Positions 18,963 through 30,700 of a stretch of DNA of 64,000 bases are shown piece after piece. Within the stretch, counting starts at the first letter, position 1; every line of letters begins with the position of its first letter. The DNA comes from an uncultured virus (IMG/VR IMGVR_UViG_3300028897_000536) (Duplodnaviria; Heunggongvirae; Uroviricota; Caudoviricetes). The translations under genes and the position numbers were made by a program. The notes below the pieces were generated by a model. That model did no database searches and had not been told where the DNA came from. It saw only the letters and a list, made by a program, of their open reading frames with translations. The DNA lies in IMG/VR virus record IMGVR_UViG_3300028897_000536. The stretch is one strand, 5' to 3'.

Positions 18963-20154
18963 ATTAAAAATACCATTTTTATTTTTTATTCTTATCTATG
19001 CGAATCAAGGTCTAAGTTCATTATCTAGTCAGTCTTATTATTATTTAACAAGAGAAACTTGGCATTTATCAGCTACAATGTTAGGATTAATAGGGCTTAT
19101 TACTGGAATGGCATGGTATATTAAACCTTTATTTGGATTATTTATTGATTATTTTCCTATTAAAAAATATCGAACTAAATATTATTTATATTTAAATTAT
19201 ATACTTTTAATTTTATCTGGTCTTTATATTATTATTTTCGGAGTAAATTTATTAACTTTAATTTTAATAGGTCTTATAATTAATTTAGCTATAGGATTTA
19301 ATGATGTAGCTAATGATACTCAAATGTGTATTTTAGAAAAGAAATATGATTTAAAGGGTAAAATTCAAAGTATTCAATGGATGTCTTTAGGACTAGCTGG
19401 ATTGTTTGTCTCTATAGGAGGAGCTTGGATAGCCGAATATTTTCCAGAGCCATTAAATTATAAAATAGCAGAAGGGTTATGGATATTATTACCAATAATT
19501 ACATTAATTTATCTTAAAAAATATTATAAAGAAAATCCTGTTAAAAGAAAGATAAAAAGAATTTTACCTAATTTAAAAAAGAAATTTAAGGATACATTTA
19601 AAAATAAAGATTTTTTAGTTGGTATCTTATTTATAGCTTTTTTGAGATTTAGTCCTTCTTTTGGTAAAGCATTAATGATTAGAATGAGAGAACATATGGA
19701 AATAGGAAAAATGTTTATTGGTTATTTAGGAGCTACAGGAACAATTTTAGGATTGATAGGATATGCTTTATATTATTGGAAAGCTCATAAATTTCCCATG
19801 AAAAAACTATTATATTTTGCTGTTCTATTTTCAGGACTTACTAATTTATGTTATTTATGGATTCCTAATAAATGGACAATATTAGGATATAATATTTTAT
19901 TTGGAGCTTTTGATGGAATAGCTTTTTTAGCTTTACTTGCTTTTATAGCAAAAATAGTTCCTACAGGATCCGAAGGATTATTTTATGCTTTAGTAACATC
20001 AGTAAATAATTTTTTTGCTAGACTTGGAGAAGTAGCTGGAGGAGTTATTTTTGATCATTGGGGATATAATATAAATGTAATTGTAGCTAGTATAACTACA
20101 TTGATTTGTTTATTTTTTATTCCTTATCTTAGTATAAAGGAGAAACAATGTTAG
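18940..20154 (+). CDS. MFS transporter, folate-biopterin (BT1)-like
   Basis: About 12 hydrophobic segments; WYIKPLFG, DVAND...GKIQS, PTGSEGLFYAL. Confidence 0.8.
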   Translation: MERKVRNKLKIPFLFFILIYANQGLSSLSSQSYYYLTRETWHLSATMLGLIGLITGMAWYIKPLFGLFIDYFPIKKYRTKYYLYLNYILLILSGLYIIIFGVNLLTLILIGLIINLAIGFNDVANDTQMCILEKKYDLKGKIQSIQWMSLGLAGLFVSIGGAWIAEYFPEPLNYKIAEGLWILLPIITLIYLKKYYKENPVKRKIKRILPNLKKKFKDTFKNKDFLVGILFIAFLRFSPSFGKALMIRMREHMEIGKMFIGYLGATGTILGLIGYALYYWKAHKFPMKKLLYFAVLFSGLTNLCYLWIPNKWTILGYNILFGAFDGIAFLALLAFIAKIVPTGSEGLFYALVTSVNNFFARLGEVAGGVIFDHWGYNINVIVASITTLICLFFIPYLSIKEKQC

Positions 20155-20233
20155 AATTAATAAAATATATAATTCAGATATTAGCTATTAGTTGTTTTAG
20201 TTTATTAACAATTATAGGAATAATTCAAAAGGA

Positions 20234-20896
20234 TTGGAATTTTGGATTTGGATTAAATTTAGCTTTAGTATTATTATATATATTTTTATATTTACAGCCT
20301 ATAAAATAATGGATAAAAGAATATTAAAAACAACTAAATTAATCAAAGATGGAGAACTAAGGCGTTTTATTGATGGTTTTTTAGAAAGAATTCCTACAAA
20401 ATTTTGGACAGTTCCTTCTAGTTCTTCAGGTAAATATCACCCACCAGAAGATAACGGAAAGACAGGATTAGTAATACATACATTAAAAGCTGTGCAAATA
20501 GGAATTAATTTATGTAATCTTTACGAAGTTAAGCAAAAAAATAAAGATATCGTCATTTCAGCTATTTTATTACATGATACATTTAAAAATTGGACAGGAT
20601 TTGAATGGGGTAAATATACTAATTATGAACATGGTAAAATAGGAGCCGATAGAATACGAGTTGAAGCTTCTAATCAATATAATTTTATTTATGGAGAAAT
20701 TATTTCTTATAAAACATATAAAAAAATATTAAAAATAGCTCGTTTAGTAGAAATTCATATGGGAAGATGGACAAAACCTAAAGCTTATTATAATAAATTT
20801 AGAAAAAGATTAGAACAAATTATTATAGAAGCTGATTATTTAGCTTCTCGTAAAGGTATTTCTTTCAAAGTTAAGGAGGTTATTGATGAAAAATAA
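20234..20896 (+). CDS. HD-domain phosphohydrolase
   Basis: SSSGKYHP, GLVIHT, LLHD, HMGRW, EADYL; the true start may be the later ATG (MDKRILK). Confidence 0.85.
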   Translation: MEFWIWIKFSFSIIIYIFIFTAYKIMDKRILKTTKLIKDGELRRFIDGFLERIPTKFWTVPSSSSGKYHPPEDNGKTGLVIHTLKAVQIGINLCNLYEVKQKNKDIVISAILLHDTFKNWTGFEWGKYTNYEHGKIGADRIRVEASNQYNFIYGEIISYKTYKKILKIARLVEIHMGRWTKPKAYYNKFRKRLEQIIIEADYLASRKGISFKVKEVIDEK

Positions 20897-21956
20897 ACAG
20901 ATTAAATTATTAGAAAATTTAATTAAAATTCCTTCTCCTTCAGGTTTTGAAAATAAATTAGCTGAATTTATAAAAAAAGAATTATCTAAATATATTCCAC
21001 TAAATATAATTACTATTGATTTTCATAATAATGTTATAGTTAAAATTAAAGGAACTACAGGAAAGACCGTAATGATAGACGCTCATTTAGATCAAATTGG
21101 ATTTTTAGTTAATAATATAGATAAAGAAGGTTATATAAGTTTTATTCCAATTGGAGGACATGATGTAAATTTATTATCTGGAAGAGAATTATTAATCTTA
21201 GCGGAAAAATCAAAAAAATATATAAAAGCTGTAATAGGAAAAAAGCCTATACATTTACTTAACGATAACGATTATGATAATTTAACTTTTAAAGATTTTA
21301 CTATTGATATCGGAGTAAGAAAAAGAAATCAAGTAAATAGGTATATAAGTATAGGAGATCCTATTGTAATGAAACCTTCTTTTGATAATTTATTAGAAAA
21401 TTATTATACAGGATCAGGTTTTGATGATAAAGCAGGATGTTTTGTATTAATAGAAACGATAAAAGAAATTCTTAGAAGTTCTAAAAAGTCTATTCCTAAT
21501 TTAATTTTTACATTTTCTAGTCAAGAAGAATTAGGTTGTAAAGGAGCTAAAGAATTAGTAAGGAGATTTAAACCAGATTTATTTATAGGACTAGATGTTA
21601 CTTTTGCTACTGATTATCCTGATGTAGATGAAAGAGAAGCTGGAAGATGCGAATTAGGAAAAGGTATTACTTTATATAAAGGAGTAAATATAGATAGAGA
21701 CGCTTTAAAATTAATAAAAAGTATAGCTAGAAATAATAAAATTAAACTTCAATATCAAGCAACTAATAGCGGAGGATATAATGCAGATGAGGTATCTTCT
21801 GAAAACGATGGAATAAAAATTTTAAATGTAGCTATTCCTCTTCGTAATATGCACACAAATGTAGAAATTTTAAATTTTAAAGATTTAATTTCATGTATCA
21901 AATTATTTAAATCTTTCTTATTAAATAGAAGATTGGGAAAGGTATTAGAAAAATGA
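20883..21956 (+). CDS. M42-family aminopeptidase (TET-like)
   Basis: PSPSGFE, DAHLD, FDDKAG, QEELG, LDVT, NMHT: full metal-ligand set. Confidence 0.9.
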   Translation: MMKNKQIKLLENLIKIPSPSGFENKLAEFIKKELSKYIPLNIITIDFHNNVIVKIKGTTGKTVMIDAHLDQIGFLVNNIDKEGYISFIPIGGHDVNLLSGRELLILAEKSKKYIKAVIGKKPIHLLNDNDYDNLTFKDFTIDIGVRKRNQVNRYISIGDPIVMKPSFDNLLENYYTGSGFDDKAGCFVLIETIKEILRSSKKSIPNLIFTFSSQEELGCKGAKELVRRFKPDLFIGLDVTFATDYPDVDEREAGRCELGKGITLYKGVNIDRDALKLIKSIARNNKIKLQYQATNSGGYNADEVSSENDGIKILNVAIPLRNMHTNVEILNFKDLISCIKLFKSFLLNRRLGKVLEK

Positions 21957-22141
21957 ATTATTTAGAAAAAGACGGAAGATATTATTTTTGGTGTTATAGA
22001 TGTAAAGAAAATTTAGAAGTAGGAGATTTATTAAGAGTCGGAGACGATATTATTTGTGTTATATGTGGAGCTCATTTAGGTTATTTTCATGATTTGCCAG
22101 ATAAAGTAAAGGATATAGTACATATATAAAAGGAGATTATT

Positions 22142-22609
22142 ATGATAACTGAATATTTAATTAAATTAGGACTATCTTTATTATTAGGATCAATTATAGG
22201 ATACGAAAGAGAAAAAAATGATAAACCAGCAGGGGTAAGAACTATTATGTCCTTATGTTATGGAGCTACTTTAATTAGTATGGTAACTTTGGAAATGGCT
22301 AAAATGTCCACTATAATAACAGATTTTGATGCAATTAGAGGAATAGCATATTATTTAGTAGCTATTGGATTTGTAGGAGGAGGAATTATAAGAATTCATA
22401 AAGGAAAAATAGAAGGAATTACAACTGCTTCAATATTACTTCCTGTAACTATCATGGGTATATTAATAGGATTAGGAAAATTTGAATTAGCGATATTATC
22501 ATTTTTTGGAATTTTAATAATACTCATGTTAAAATATGTAAAAATAAAAGTTAAATTATTCGAAAAAAAGATAAAACATAGGAGGACATATGGAAGTAAA
22601 ACTTTGTGA
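22142..22609 (+). CDS. MgtC/SapB-family membrane protein
   Basis: IGYERE..KPAGVRT, IGFVGGG, GITTAS. Confidence 0.88.
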   Translation: MITEYLIKLGLSLLLGSIIGYEREKNDKPAGVRTIMSLCYGATLISMVTLEMAKMSTIITDFDAIRGIAYYLVAIGFVGGGIIRIHKGKIEGITTASILLPVTIMGILIGLGKFELAILSFFGILIILMLKYVKIKVKLFEKKIKHRRTYGSKTL

Positions 22610-23076
22610 TTTTTGTAAAGAAATTATTCATGGAAAATATTATTTTTTAGCTATCGGAGAATACGATATTAGAAAAATTCAAGAACAACGAAGAATAGCT
22701 TCTATAGATGATTTTTTTAGAGAACTAAATAGATATGATTCTGAAGTAAATAAACATGAAATATGTGAAGAATGTTTTAAACTTTATAAACATTTTTTAA
22801 ATATGAGAATAGACGAACTAAATAAAATAAAAAAACAAGTTAATGATTTATTAGAATTTGAATCTCATAAAAAGAAAAAAAGAGGGAAAAATGAAAAATA
22901 ATATAAAATTTATATCTAGTCATAAACAACCTAAATGTTGGACATGCGAAGGAAAAGGATGTAAAACATGTAAAGGAACAGGTAGATTTACAGAAGAGTT
23001 TTATTATTTAATTTATACAGATAAGAAAGGAAGAAAATTAGCATTTGGGGTAGATTCTTTAAAATAAAGGAGTATT

Positions 23077-24984
23077 ATGTATAAGAATATAATTTTAAAT
23101 AAAATAATAGACTATTTAAAAGCTAAAAAATGGGAAGTAAAACAATATGGAAACTCAACAATGCTTTTATGTGTATATTGTAGAAAGAATCCAATTTCAG
23201 CAAATCAAATACCAAATACTCATATTATAAATTGTTTTAACTGTAAAAGAAAATATAATTTAATAGATATTGTAAGAGAATTAGAACCTGATAAGAAAGA
23301 ATTCCCTGAAGAAGATATATTACAATATTTAAAAGAATTATTAAATATAGAAGTAACTACTCAAAAAGATGAAAATAATTTAGATGAATTATTAAGTTAT
23401 TATGAAAATTTAGGATTCGATTTAGTTCCAATAGCCAACAATGCTAAATATCCAATAGAAAAAAGCTGGACTATTAAATCTCATAAAAATAAGTTAGAAT
23501 GGAAACAATGGTTAGAAAATGGATTAAATTTAGGAGTTAAAACAGGTAAAATTAGTCAAATTCTTATATTAGATATTGATACTAAAGAACCAAAAGAAGA
23601 ATTAAAAAAATTATTAGACGAAACAAAAACATTAACACAAGAAAGTTCTAAAGGATATCATTATTTTTATCAATATGATGGAGACTTACCAAAAACAAGA
23701 ATAGATGAATATAAAATAGATATAGAAACAGATGGAGGACAAGTAGTAATATATCCTTCTGTAGTTAATGGAATTCAAAGAAAATTAAATAAAGCACCAA
23801 TAGCTAAAATGCCAGATAAATTAAAAGAGTTTTTAAAATCTAAAGTAACAGTTCCTCGTCAAACAGAAAGTGAAAAGATTATAGAAAATATTAAAACAGG
23901 AGATTTTAAAATAAATCCAAAAGATTTTAAACTTAAAAATAATAATTTAGAAGGATGCTGTAATAGTTCTTTTGTTAGTTTAGGAGGAGTTCTTAGACAA
24001 GAATTAACACCAAATCAAACAGAATTTGTTTTACAGCTTTTAAATCAACATTTATTAGAAAATCCTATGGATAAAAGATCTATAAGAGCAATGTGTCAAG
24101 AATTAGATAAATATGTTAAAGTTGATGAGCAAGAATTGGCTCATAAAATCTTAAAATATTTACAAGATGTTAAAAATTCAACTAAAAATGATTTAGAATT
24201 GTCAGTAACTGGAGATTGGACAAAAGGAGAAGCGAAAGTTAGATTGAATAAAGCATTAAAATATTTAATAAATGAAGATAAAATTGTTAAAAGAGGAAAG
24301 AATTACGAATTAATAGAAGAAATGAATTGGAACGATAGTCTAATTGATATAGGAGTACCTATAAATTTTAAAGTTCCTTATTTACACGATTACGCTTTTT
24401 TTAATTGGCAAGATGTTTTAATTATAGCCAGTAAAACTAAATATGGAAAAACTACCTTAGCTATGAATATAGTAAAAAGATTAGTAGATCAAGGAATTAA
24501 GCCTTATTATTTATATAGTGAAACAGGAGGACGATTTGCTAAAACAGCTTTAAGATTAGGATTAAAGGATGGAGATTTTTATCATTCTTTTATTGGAGAT
24601 CCGAGAAGATTAATTTTACCTAAAGAAGAAAAAGCTATAGTTATTTTTGATTGGATTAGACCGCCAGATTTTTCAGCAGTAGATAATTTATTTGCAGGGT
24701 TAATAGAAAAAGTTAAAAAATCAAATTGTTTCTTTATTTCTTTTATGCAACTAAAAGCAGATAATGAATATTTTGCTCCTAATCTATTATGTCAATATCC
24801 TGCTTTAGTATGTAAATACTTATATGAAGATGAAGACGATGGAACTATTACAAAATTTCAAATAACAGAAATAAGAGAAGGAAAATTAAAAGGAAAAGTT
24901 TTTGAAATTCCTTGTGTATATAATTGGGATACAAAAGAAGTAAAAAGAGTAGAAGAATTAGATGAAGATAAAAAAAATCTTTAA
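23077..24984 (+). CDS. Zinc finger + Prim-Pol primase + P-loop helicase fusion
   Basis: CVYC/CFNC; NLGVKTG..ILDID..GYHYF (Prim-Pol); ASKTKYGKTT Walker A. Confidence 0.82.
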   Translation: MYKNIILNKIIDYLKAKKWEVKQYGNSTMLLCVYCRKNPISANQIPNTHIINCFNCKRKYNLIDIVRELEPDKKEFPEEDILQYLKELLNIEVTTQKDENNLDELLSYYENLGFDLVPIANNAKYPIEKSWTIKSHKNKLEWKQWLENGLNLGVKTGKISQILILDIDTKEPKEELKKLLDETKTLTQESSKGYHYFYQYDGDLPKTRIDEYKIDIETDGGQVVIYPSVVNGIQRKLNKAPIAKMPDKLKEFLKSKVTVPRQTESEKIIENIKTGDFKINPKDFKLKNNNLEGCCNSSFVSLGGVLRQELTPNQTEFVLQLLNQHLLENPMDKRSIRAMCQELDKYVKVDEQELAHKILKYLQDVKNSTKNDLELSVTGDWTKGEAKVRLNKALKYLINEDKIVKRGKNYELIEEMNWNDSLIDIGVPINFKVPYLHDYAFFNWQDVLIIASKTKYGKTTLAMNIVKRLVDQGIKPYYLYSETGGRFAKTALRLGLKDGDFYHSFIGDPRRLILPKEEKAIVIFDWIRPPDFSAVDNLFAGLIEKVKKSNCFFISFMQLKADNEYFAPNLLCQYPALVCKYLYEDEDDGTITKFQITEIREGKLKGKVFEIPCVYNWDTKEVKRVEELDEDKKNL

Positions 24985-25070
24985 AAAGATTTGTAAAAAA
25001 AGATTTTGCAAATATTGTAAATTAAGAAAATTTGTAGTAGGAATAGAAAATATAATTAAGAAGGTTAAAA

Positions 25071-25613
25071 ATGAATTTAAGTCATATAATAACATTACCT
25101 ATTAAAGAAATTGAAGAAAAGTTAAATATTAAAATAAAGAATAATACTATAAGTTTAGGATTAGACTGTGCATCAAAAACAGGATATGCTTTATGTAAGA
25201 CTAATAAAGAAAATATTTATATTAGTATAGGATTTATAAATGTAGATGTTAAAAATATAAAAAATAGAGACGATAGAAATCAACTTAGATATAATGCAAT
25301 TTATGAAGCTTTAAATAGTTTAATTAAAAAAGAATATATTATTGTAATAGAAGATGTTTATTATGGAGGAAATGTTCTTACATTGATATTATTAAGTAGA
25401 ATAGGAGCAATAGCTTGGACAATATCTAAAATAAAAAGCTGTAAAAATATAATTTGGAAAACAGCAGTTCAGGCACGAAAAGCTTTAGGACTTCCATGTA
25501 ATAAAAAGAAATTTATAGTAAAGGAAACATTAAATAGTATTTTAGGAACCTCCATAGAAAACGATGATGAAATAGATGCTATTGTATTAGGAATAAATGG
25601 ATTAATAAAATGA
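25071..25613 (+). CDS. RuvC-like Holliday junction resolvase
   Basis: LGLDCASKTGYA, VIED, DDEIDA RNase H-fold acidic residues. Confidence 0.8.
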   Translation: MNLSHIITLPIKEIEEKLNIKIKNNTISLGLDCASKTGYALCKTNKENIYISIGFINVDVKNIKNRDDRNQLRYNAIYEALNSLIKKEYIIVIEDVYYGGNVLTLILLSRIGAIAWTISKIKSCKNIIWKTAVQARKALGLPCNKKKFIVKETLNSILGTSIENDDEIDAIVLGINGLIK

Positions 25614-25751
25614 AAATAAAAGTTATTTATATTTTAGGAATAATTACTTTAATTGATATTATTATGTGTGGAAATAATTGGGGAGGAAGTATTATTTTAT
25701 GGTTTTTTTATGGATTATATAGATTAGCTATATACGAAAGAGGAGACGAAA

Positions 25752-26684
25752 ATGTCAAAAAATAAAAAATTGGATAAATTATTAAATGAATTAAATAAAA
25801 ATTTTAAAGTTAAAAGAGCTTCTGAAGTAGTCAATGAAGAAAAATTAAGGACAGGAATTTATGCTTTAGATTATGTTCTTGATGGCGGAATTTCTCAATG
25901 TGAAGGAGGACATAGAATAGAATTTTTTGGAGCTGAAAGTAGCGGAAAATCTACATTTGCTTTACATGTAATAAAAAAGTATCAAGAACTCGGAAAAACT
26001 TGTATCTATATAGATGCAGAAAATTCTTACGATCAAGAATGGGCAAAAATTATAGGAATAAATAATGATGAATTAATAGTTATAAATCCTGAATATCAAG
26101 AAGATGTAGGAGATTTATTTGTAAGAATTATTCCTGAAGCAGATTTGATTGTAGTAGATAGTATTGTAGGATTAATTCCAAAGGAAGAAACAGAAAGAGA
26201 TACTGACGAACCTACAATGGCTTTACAGGCAAGAATCAATGCTCTTATTACAAGAAAAATTTATAAAGCTATTAGCGGAAGAAAAACTACTATTATTTTT
26301 ATTAATCAATTAAGAGAAAAAGTAGGAGTAATGTATGGAAATCCTTATACTACAGGAGGAGGAAGAGCTTTAAAACATCTTTATAATACAAGGATAGAAT
26401 TTAAATCAAAAAAACCAATAGATATAGGAAGTGGAGAAAAGAAAGAAAGAATAGGAATGGAAATTAATTTAAAATGTGTTAAAAATAAAAAAGGCAAACC
26501 ATATAGAGATGCTATTATAGATTTTTATATAAATGGAAATATTGATAATAAAAAATCTTTATTTTTTTCTGCCATTAAAAATGGAGTTATTCAATTATCA
26601 GGGAAAACATATACTTTTAATGATAAGAAAGCTGTAGGTAAAGAAAGTTTTATGGAATTATTAACTAACAGAGGAAGATTATAA
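25752..26684 (+). CDS. recA: RecA/UvsX-like recombinase
   Basis: GAESSGKST, IDAEN, VVDSI, MALQAR, INQLR, TGGGRALK. Confidence 0.93.
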   Translation: MSKNKKLDKLLNELNKNFKVKRASEVVNEEKLRTGIYALDYVLDGGISQCEGGHRIEFFGAESSGKSTFALHVIKKYQELGKTCIYIDAENSYDQEWAKIIGINNDELIVINPEYQEDVGDLFVRIIPEADLIVVDSIVGLIPKEETERDTDEPTMALQARINALITRKIYKAISGRKTTIIFINQLREKVGVMYGNPYTTGGGRALKHLYNTRIEFKSKKPIDIGSGEKKERIGMEINLKCVKNKKGKPYRDAIIDFYINGNIDNKKSLFFSAIKNGVIQLSGKTYTFNDKKAVGKESFMELLTNRGRL

Positions 26685-26717
26685 AGAAATAGAGAATAAA
26701 ATTTGGGAGATTAATAA

Positions 26718-27095
26718 ATGAGAGAAATAAAGTTTAGGGCTTGGGATAAAAGTCAAAAAGAAATGATTTATTTTACTTTTAGTAATATTCGGAGCGGATA
26801 TATTACAAATTGTAAAAAATCTATTGATGGAACTATACAAATAATAAATACTCCTATTATGCAATTCACAGGTTTACACGATAAGAATAATAAACCCATT
26901 TATGAAGGAGACATAGTTAAAATATTAAATCCTATAACTAAAATAGAAAACAATGTAATTATATGTTATAATTGTGGTAGTTTTCAATTTTATTTTATTA
27001 ATGATAATAATAAAAGTTTAGTTAATAAAATAGTTTATTGTAAAGAAGGAGAAATCATTGGTAATATCTATGAATTATTAAAGGAGGAAAAATGA
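26718..27095 (+). CDS. YopX-family protein
   Basis: MREIKFRAWD, MQFTGLHDKN..IYEGDIV, IIGNIYE. Confidence 0.9.
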   Translation: MREIKFRAWDKSQKEMIYFTFSNIRSGYITNCKKSIDGTIQIINTPIMQFTGLHDKNNKPIYEGDIVKILNPITKIENNVIICYNCGSFQFYFINDNNKSLVNKIVYCKEGEIIGNIYELLKEEK

Positions 27096-27535
27096 GAATA
27101 TTAGAATTAGAACAATTATTTCAATCAGAAGAAACTTTAGATCAAGCTCTTCAAAAATGTAAAGAAGATTTTGATAGAGTAGATTATTATGCAGGGCTTT
27201 TAAAGTCAGCAATTACAGATAATGCAGAAGAAGCTAAAAAAGCTTTAAATGAATTAACAGGCATTTATGTTTCTTTAAAGACAGCCTTAGCTGTAGCAGA
27301 AAGCGAAAAAAAGAACAGAGAAATTCGTAAATACGATTCTATTAGAATAAAAACAGAAGAAGAAGGTAAAAAGTTTATATCAGTTTCGGCAGAAAGAGAA
27401 GCCTCCTTATATGTAGCTAATTATCGTAGAATAAGAAATTATATTCAAGCTTATACAGATGCTTGTGAAAAAGCAATTAGTACTTTACAGAGTATTCTAA
27501 AATATTTAAGTGAAGAAATGAAATTGCAAAAATAA
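27092..27535 (+). CDS. Coiled-coil protein, possibly a UvsY-like recombination mediator
   Basis: Helical heptad pattern; lies between recA and polB; function is inference. Confidence 0.3.
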   Translation: MRILELEQLFQSEETLDQALQKCKEDFDRVDYYAGLLKSAITDNAEEAKKALNELTGIYVSLKTALAVAESEKKNREIRKYDSIRIKTEEEGKKFISVSAEREASLYVANYRRIRNYIQAYTDACEKAISTLQSILKYLSEEMKLQK

Positions 27536-27705
27536 GGAGAGATCATGTTTGTTTGTATTCCTTGCGTAAAAAAAGAATTATCTAAAAGAGGAATAAAAGA
27601 AGTAGATCAGTCAAAATATTATACCATTGCTTTAAATAGCGGAAATTGTTGTATTTGTGGAGCAAAGAAAGTTCCTGTAGATTGGGTAGAAGAAAAAGAA
27701 AAGAA

Positions 27706-30700
27706 ATGAAAATAGTTAATATAGACAATTCAGGAAGAACAATTTATCTTTTTTGTCGTAAAGATAATGGGGAATTAGAAATAATCGAAAAGAATGATTT
27801 TTTCCCATATTTTTATGATATTCATCCAGAAGGAGAATTTAAATCTTTTGATGGTAATAGATTAAAAAAGATGTTCGTTTCTATCCCTTCTGATGTTCCT
27901 ACTAAAAGAAGAAAAGATTCTTATGAAGCTGATATTCTATTTGTAAAGAGATATTTAATCGATAAAGTTGATAAATTAGAAAAATGTTCAATCAAATATG
28001 CTTTTATAGATATTGAAGTTTTAGCTGATGAATTGCCAAATGTAGAAGAAGCAAAAAATACAATAAGTTGTATTAGTATATACAATTCTTTGTACAAAAC
28101 TATACAATCTTTCTATTTAGGTAATTATAAAACAGAATATGAATTAATAGAAGATTTTATTAAATATATGCAAAAAGAAAAATTTGATTTATGGCTTAGT
28201 TGGAATGTTAATTTTGATTATAATTATTTGTATAACAGAATACCAGATTTTGCAAAAAGAATAAGTCCAATAGAACAAACTAGATATGGAAATAAAGATA
28301 TTTATTATCCAGCAGGAATTAGCATTGTAGATTATCTTGGTTGGTTTAAAAAAGTTACTTTAAATAGGGCAAAATCTTATGCTTTAGATAATGTAGCTCA
28401 AGAATATTTAAAAGAAGAAACTTATAATAAAATAGATTTTAGTAAATTATCGAGAGATATATTAGAAAAAAATATAAATGATATTAAGAGAATGATAAAA
28501 TTAGAACAAAAATTCCAGATTGTAGATTATTTCGATGAAATAAGAAGACTATCTAAAGTAGAATGGGAAGATATGCTATGGAATAGTAGAGTTATAGATA
28601 TGCTTCTTCTTCAAGAAGCTAAAAATCAAAATATAATTCTTCCTATGAAGCCAACAGAAGATAGAGGAACTTTAACAGAAAAAGAAGAATACGAAGGAGC
28701 TTTTAGAGAAGCTTACGAGTTAGGAGCTCACTTTGGAATTACTGAATACGATTTATCTTCAGCGTATCCTTTTGCTATTATAGATTTTTGTTTAGATCCT
28801 TCTAATATTATATATACTAATATTCATTCTGATTCTGATGAACCTTATCTTCCAGAACATATTCAAATAGAAAATACTTTATTTGAACAAAATCCTAATG
28901 CTTTATTACCTACAATAACTAAAAAATTAATAGAACTTAAAAAACAATATAAAGGACAAGGAAAAAAATACGATGCAATTAAAACAGTAGTTAATAGTGC
29001 TTATGGAGTATTTGGTAATAGGTTTTTTAGATTATATGATAAAAGAGTAGCTTCCGCTACTACTTATTTAGTTAGAGATCTTTTGAAATATGTAAAAGAA
29101 AAAATTGAATCAAAAGGATATAAAGTAATTTATATTGATACGGATAGTGTATTTATAAATACAGAAGAAAATTTAACTAATATTTTAAATGAAATTGTTC
29201 AAGAATGGGCTAATAAAAAAGGAAAAGATAAAGTAAATATAGAATTCGAATATAAAGGATTATTTGAAAGATTATTAATATTAGCAAAATGTTTAGATGG
29301 AAGAAGTAAAATATTAACTGAAGAAGGATATAAAACTATTCAATGGATTCATACAAATAAATATCGAGGTAATGTTGTTAGTTTAGGAAAATTTAGTCAA
29401 TTAGAATATAAACCAATTATTAATAGTTTTAAAATTCCTTTACAGCATAGAAAACTATATAAAGTAGTTTTAGAAGAAAACATTAATAATTCTAGAAATT
29501 ATGGGGCTATTTTAACAGAAGATCATAGAATATTAACTGAAGAAGGATATAAAGAATTAAAATATTTATCCAAAAAGGATAAAATACATACAGGATATTA
29601 TCAACCAATAGGAGACATTTATGAAATGCTTTTAGGAACATTATTAGGAGATTCTTCCATTTCAAAAAATAATCTATTATCATGTGCTCATTCGCAGAAT
29701 CAAAAAGAATATTTAGAATTTAAAGCTAATTTATTAGGATATAAAAATAAAATAAAAAAACAAGCAATAAATGATAAATATATAAGTTATAGATTTACTT
29801 CTAATTCAGAATATTATTTAAAAAAATTAAGAAAAAAATTATATAATAAGAAAGGTAAAAAAATAATTACTAAAGACTTATTAAAAGATTATTCTTATAT
29901 TTCATTGGCTTTTCATTTTCTTGATGATGGCTATTTAAGAAAAACAAGATATTATTCTTCTGAATTAGCAATGTGCGGATATACAAATAAAGAAATTTTA
30001 TTATTAAGTAATAGAATTAAAGAATTGGGTATCAATAATAAAATTACTAAAAACAAAAGGATTTATTTCACAGTAAAACAAACTAAAAAATTATCTTGGT
30101 TAATTTGTAATTATGTTCCTTCTTGTATGAATTATAAATTATTATTAGAACATAGAAATTTAGTAGCTCCTTATGAATATTTTAATTCAAAAAAACCGAT
30201 TTATGATACTTTTAAATTGATTTCATATAATTGTAAACAGAAATCGGTATATGATATAGAAATAAAAGATAATTCTAATTTTATGACTCTATCTGGTATA
30301 GTTCATAATTGCAGATATGTTGGCTATGCAAGAACGAAAAAAGGCATCGAGAAAAAAGTTAAAGGCGTAGAAATGAAACGTAAAGATTCTACTATTTTTA
30401 TGAAAAAATTTCAAGAAGACTTAATAGAACAAATTTTAAATAAATATGAAAAAGATAATATTATGGGGTGGATAGAAAATCAGAAAACTATGATAAAATA
30501 TATGCCTTTAGAAGATATAGCTTTTCCTTGTAAATTATCTCGTAAAGTTGAAGAATATAAAAATACTCCTATATTTGTAAGAGCTTTAGAATATTCAAAT
30601 TTAAATAAAAAAGTAGGAGATACATTTTATTATATTTATGTAAAAGCTAACGATATAGACGTATCAGTTACTACAGAAATTTATGATGATAAAGAGTTAT

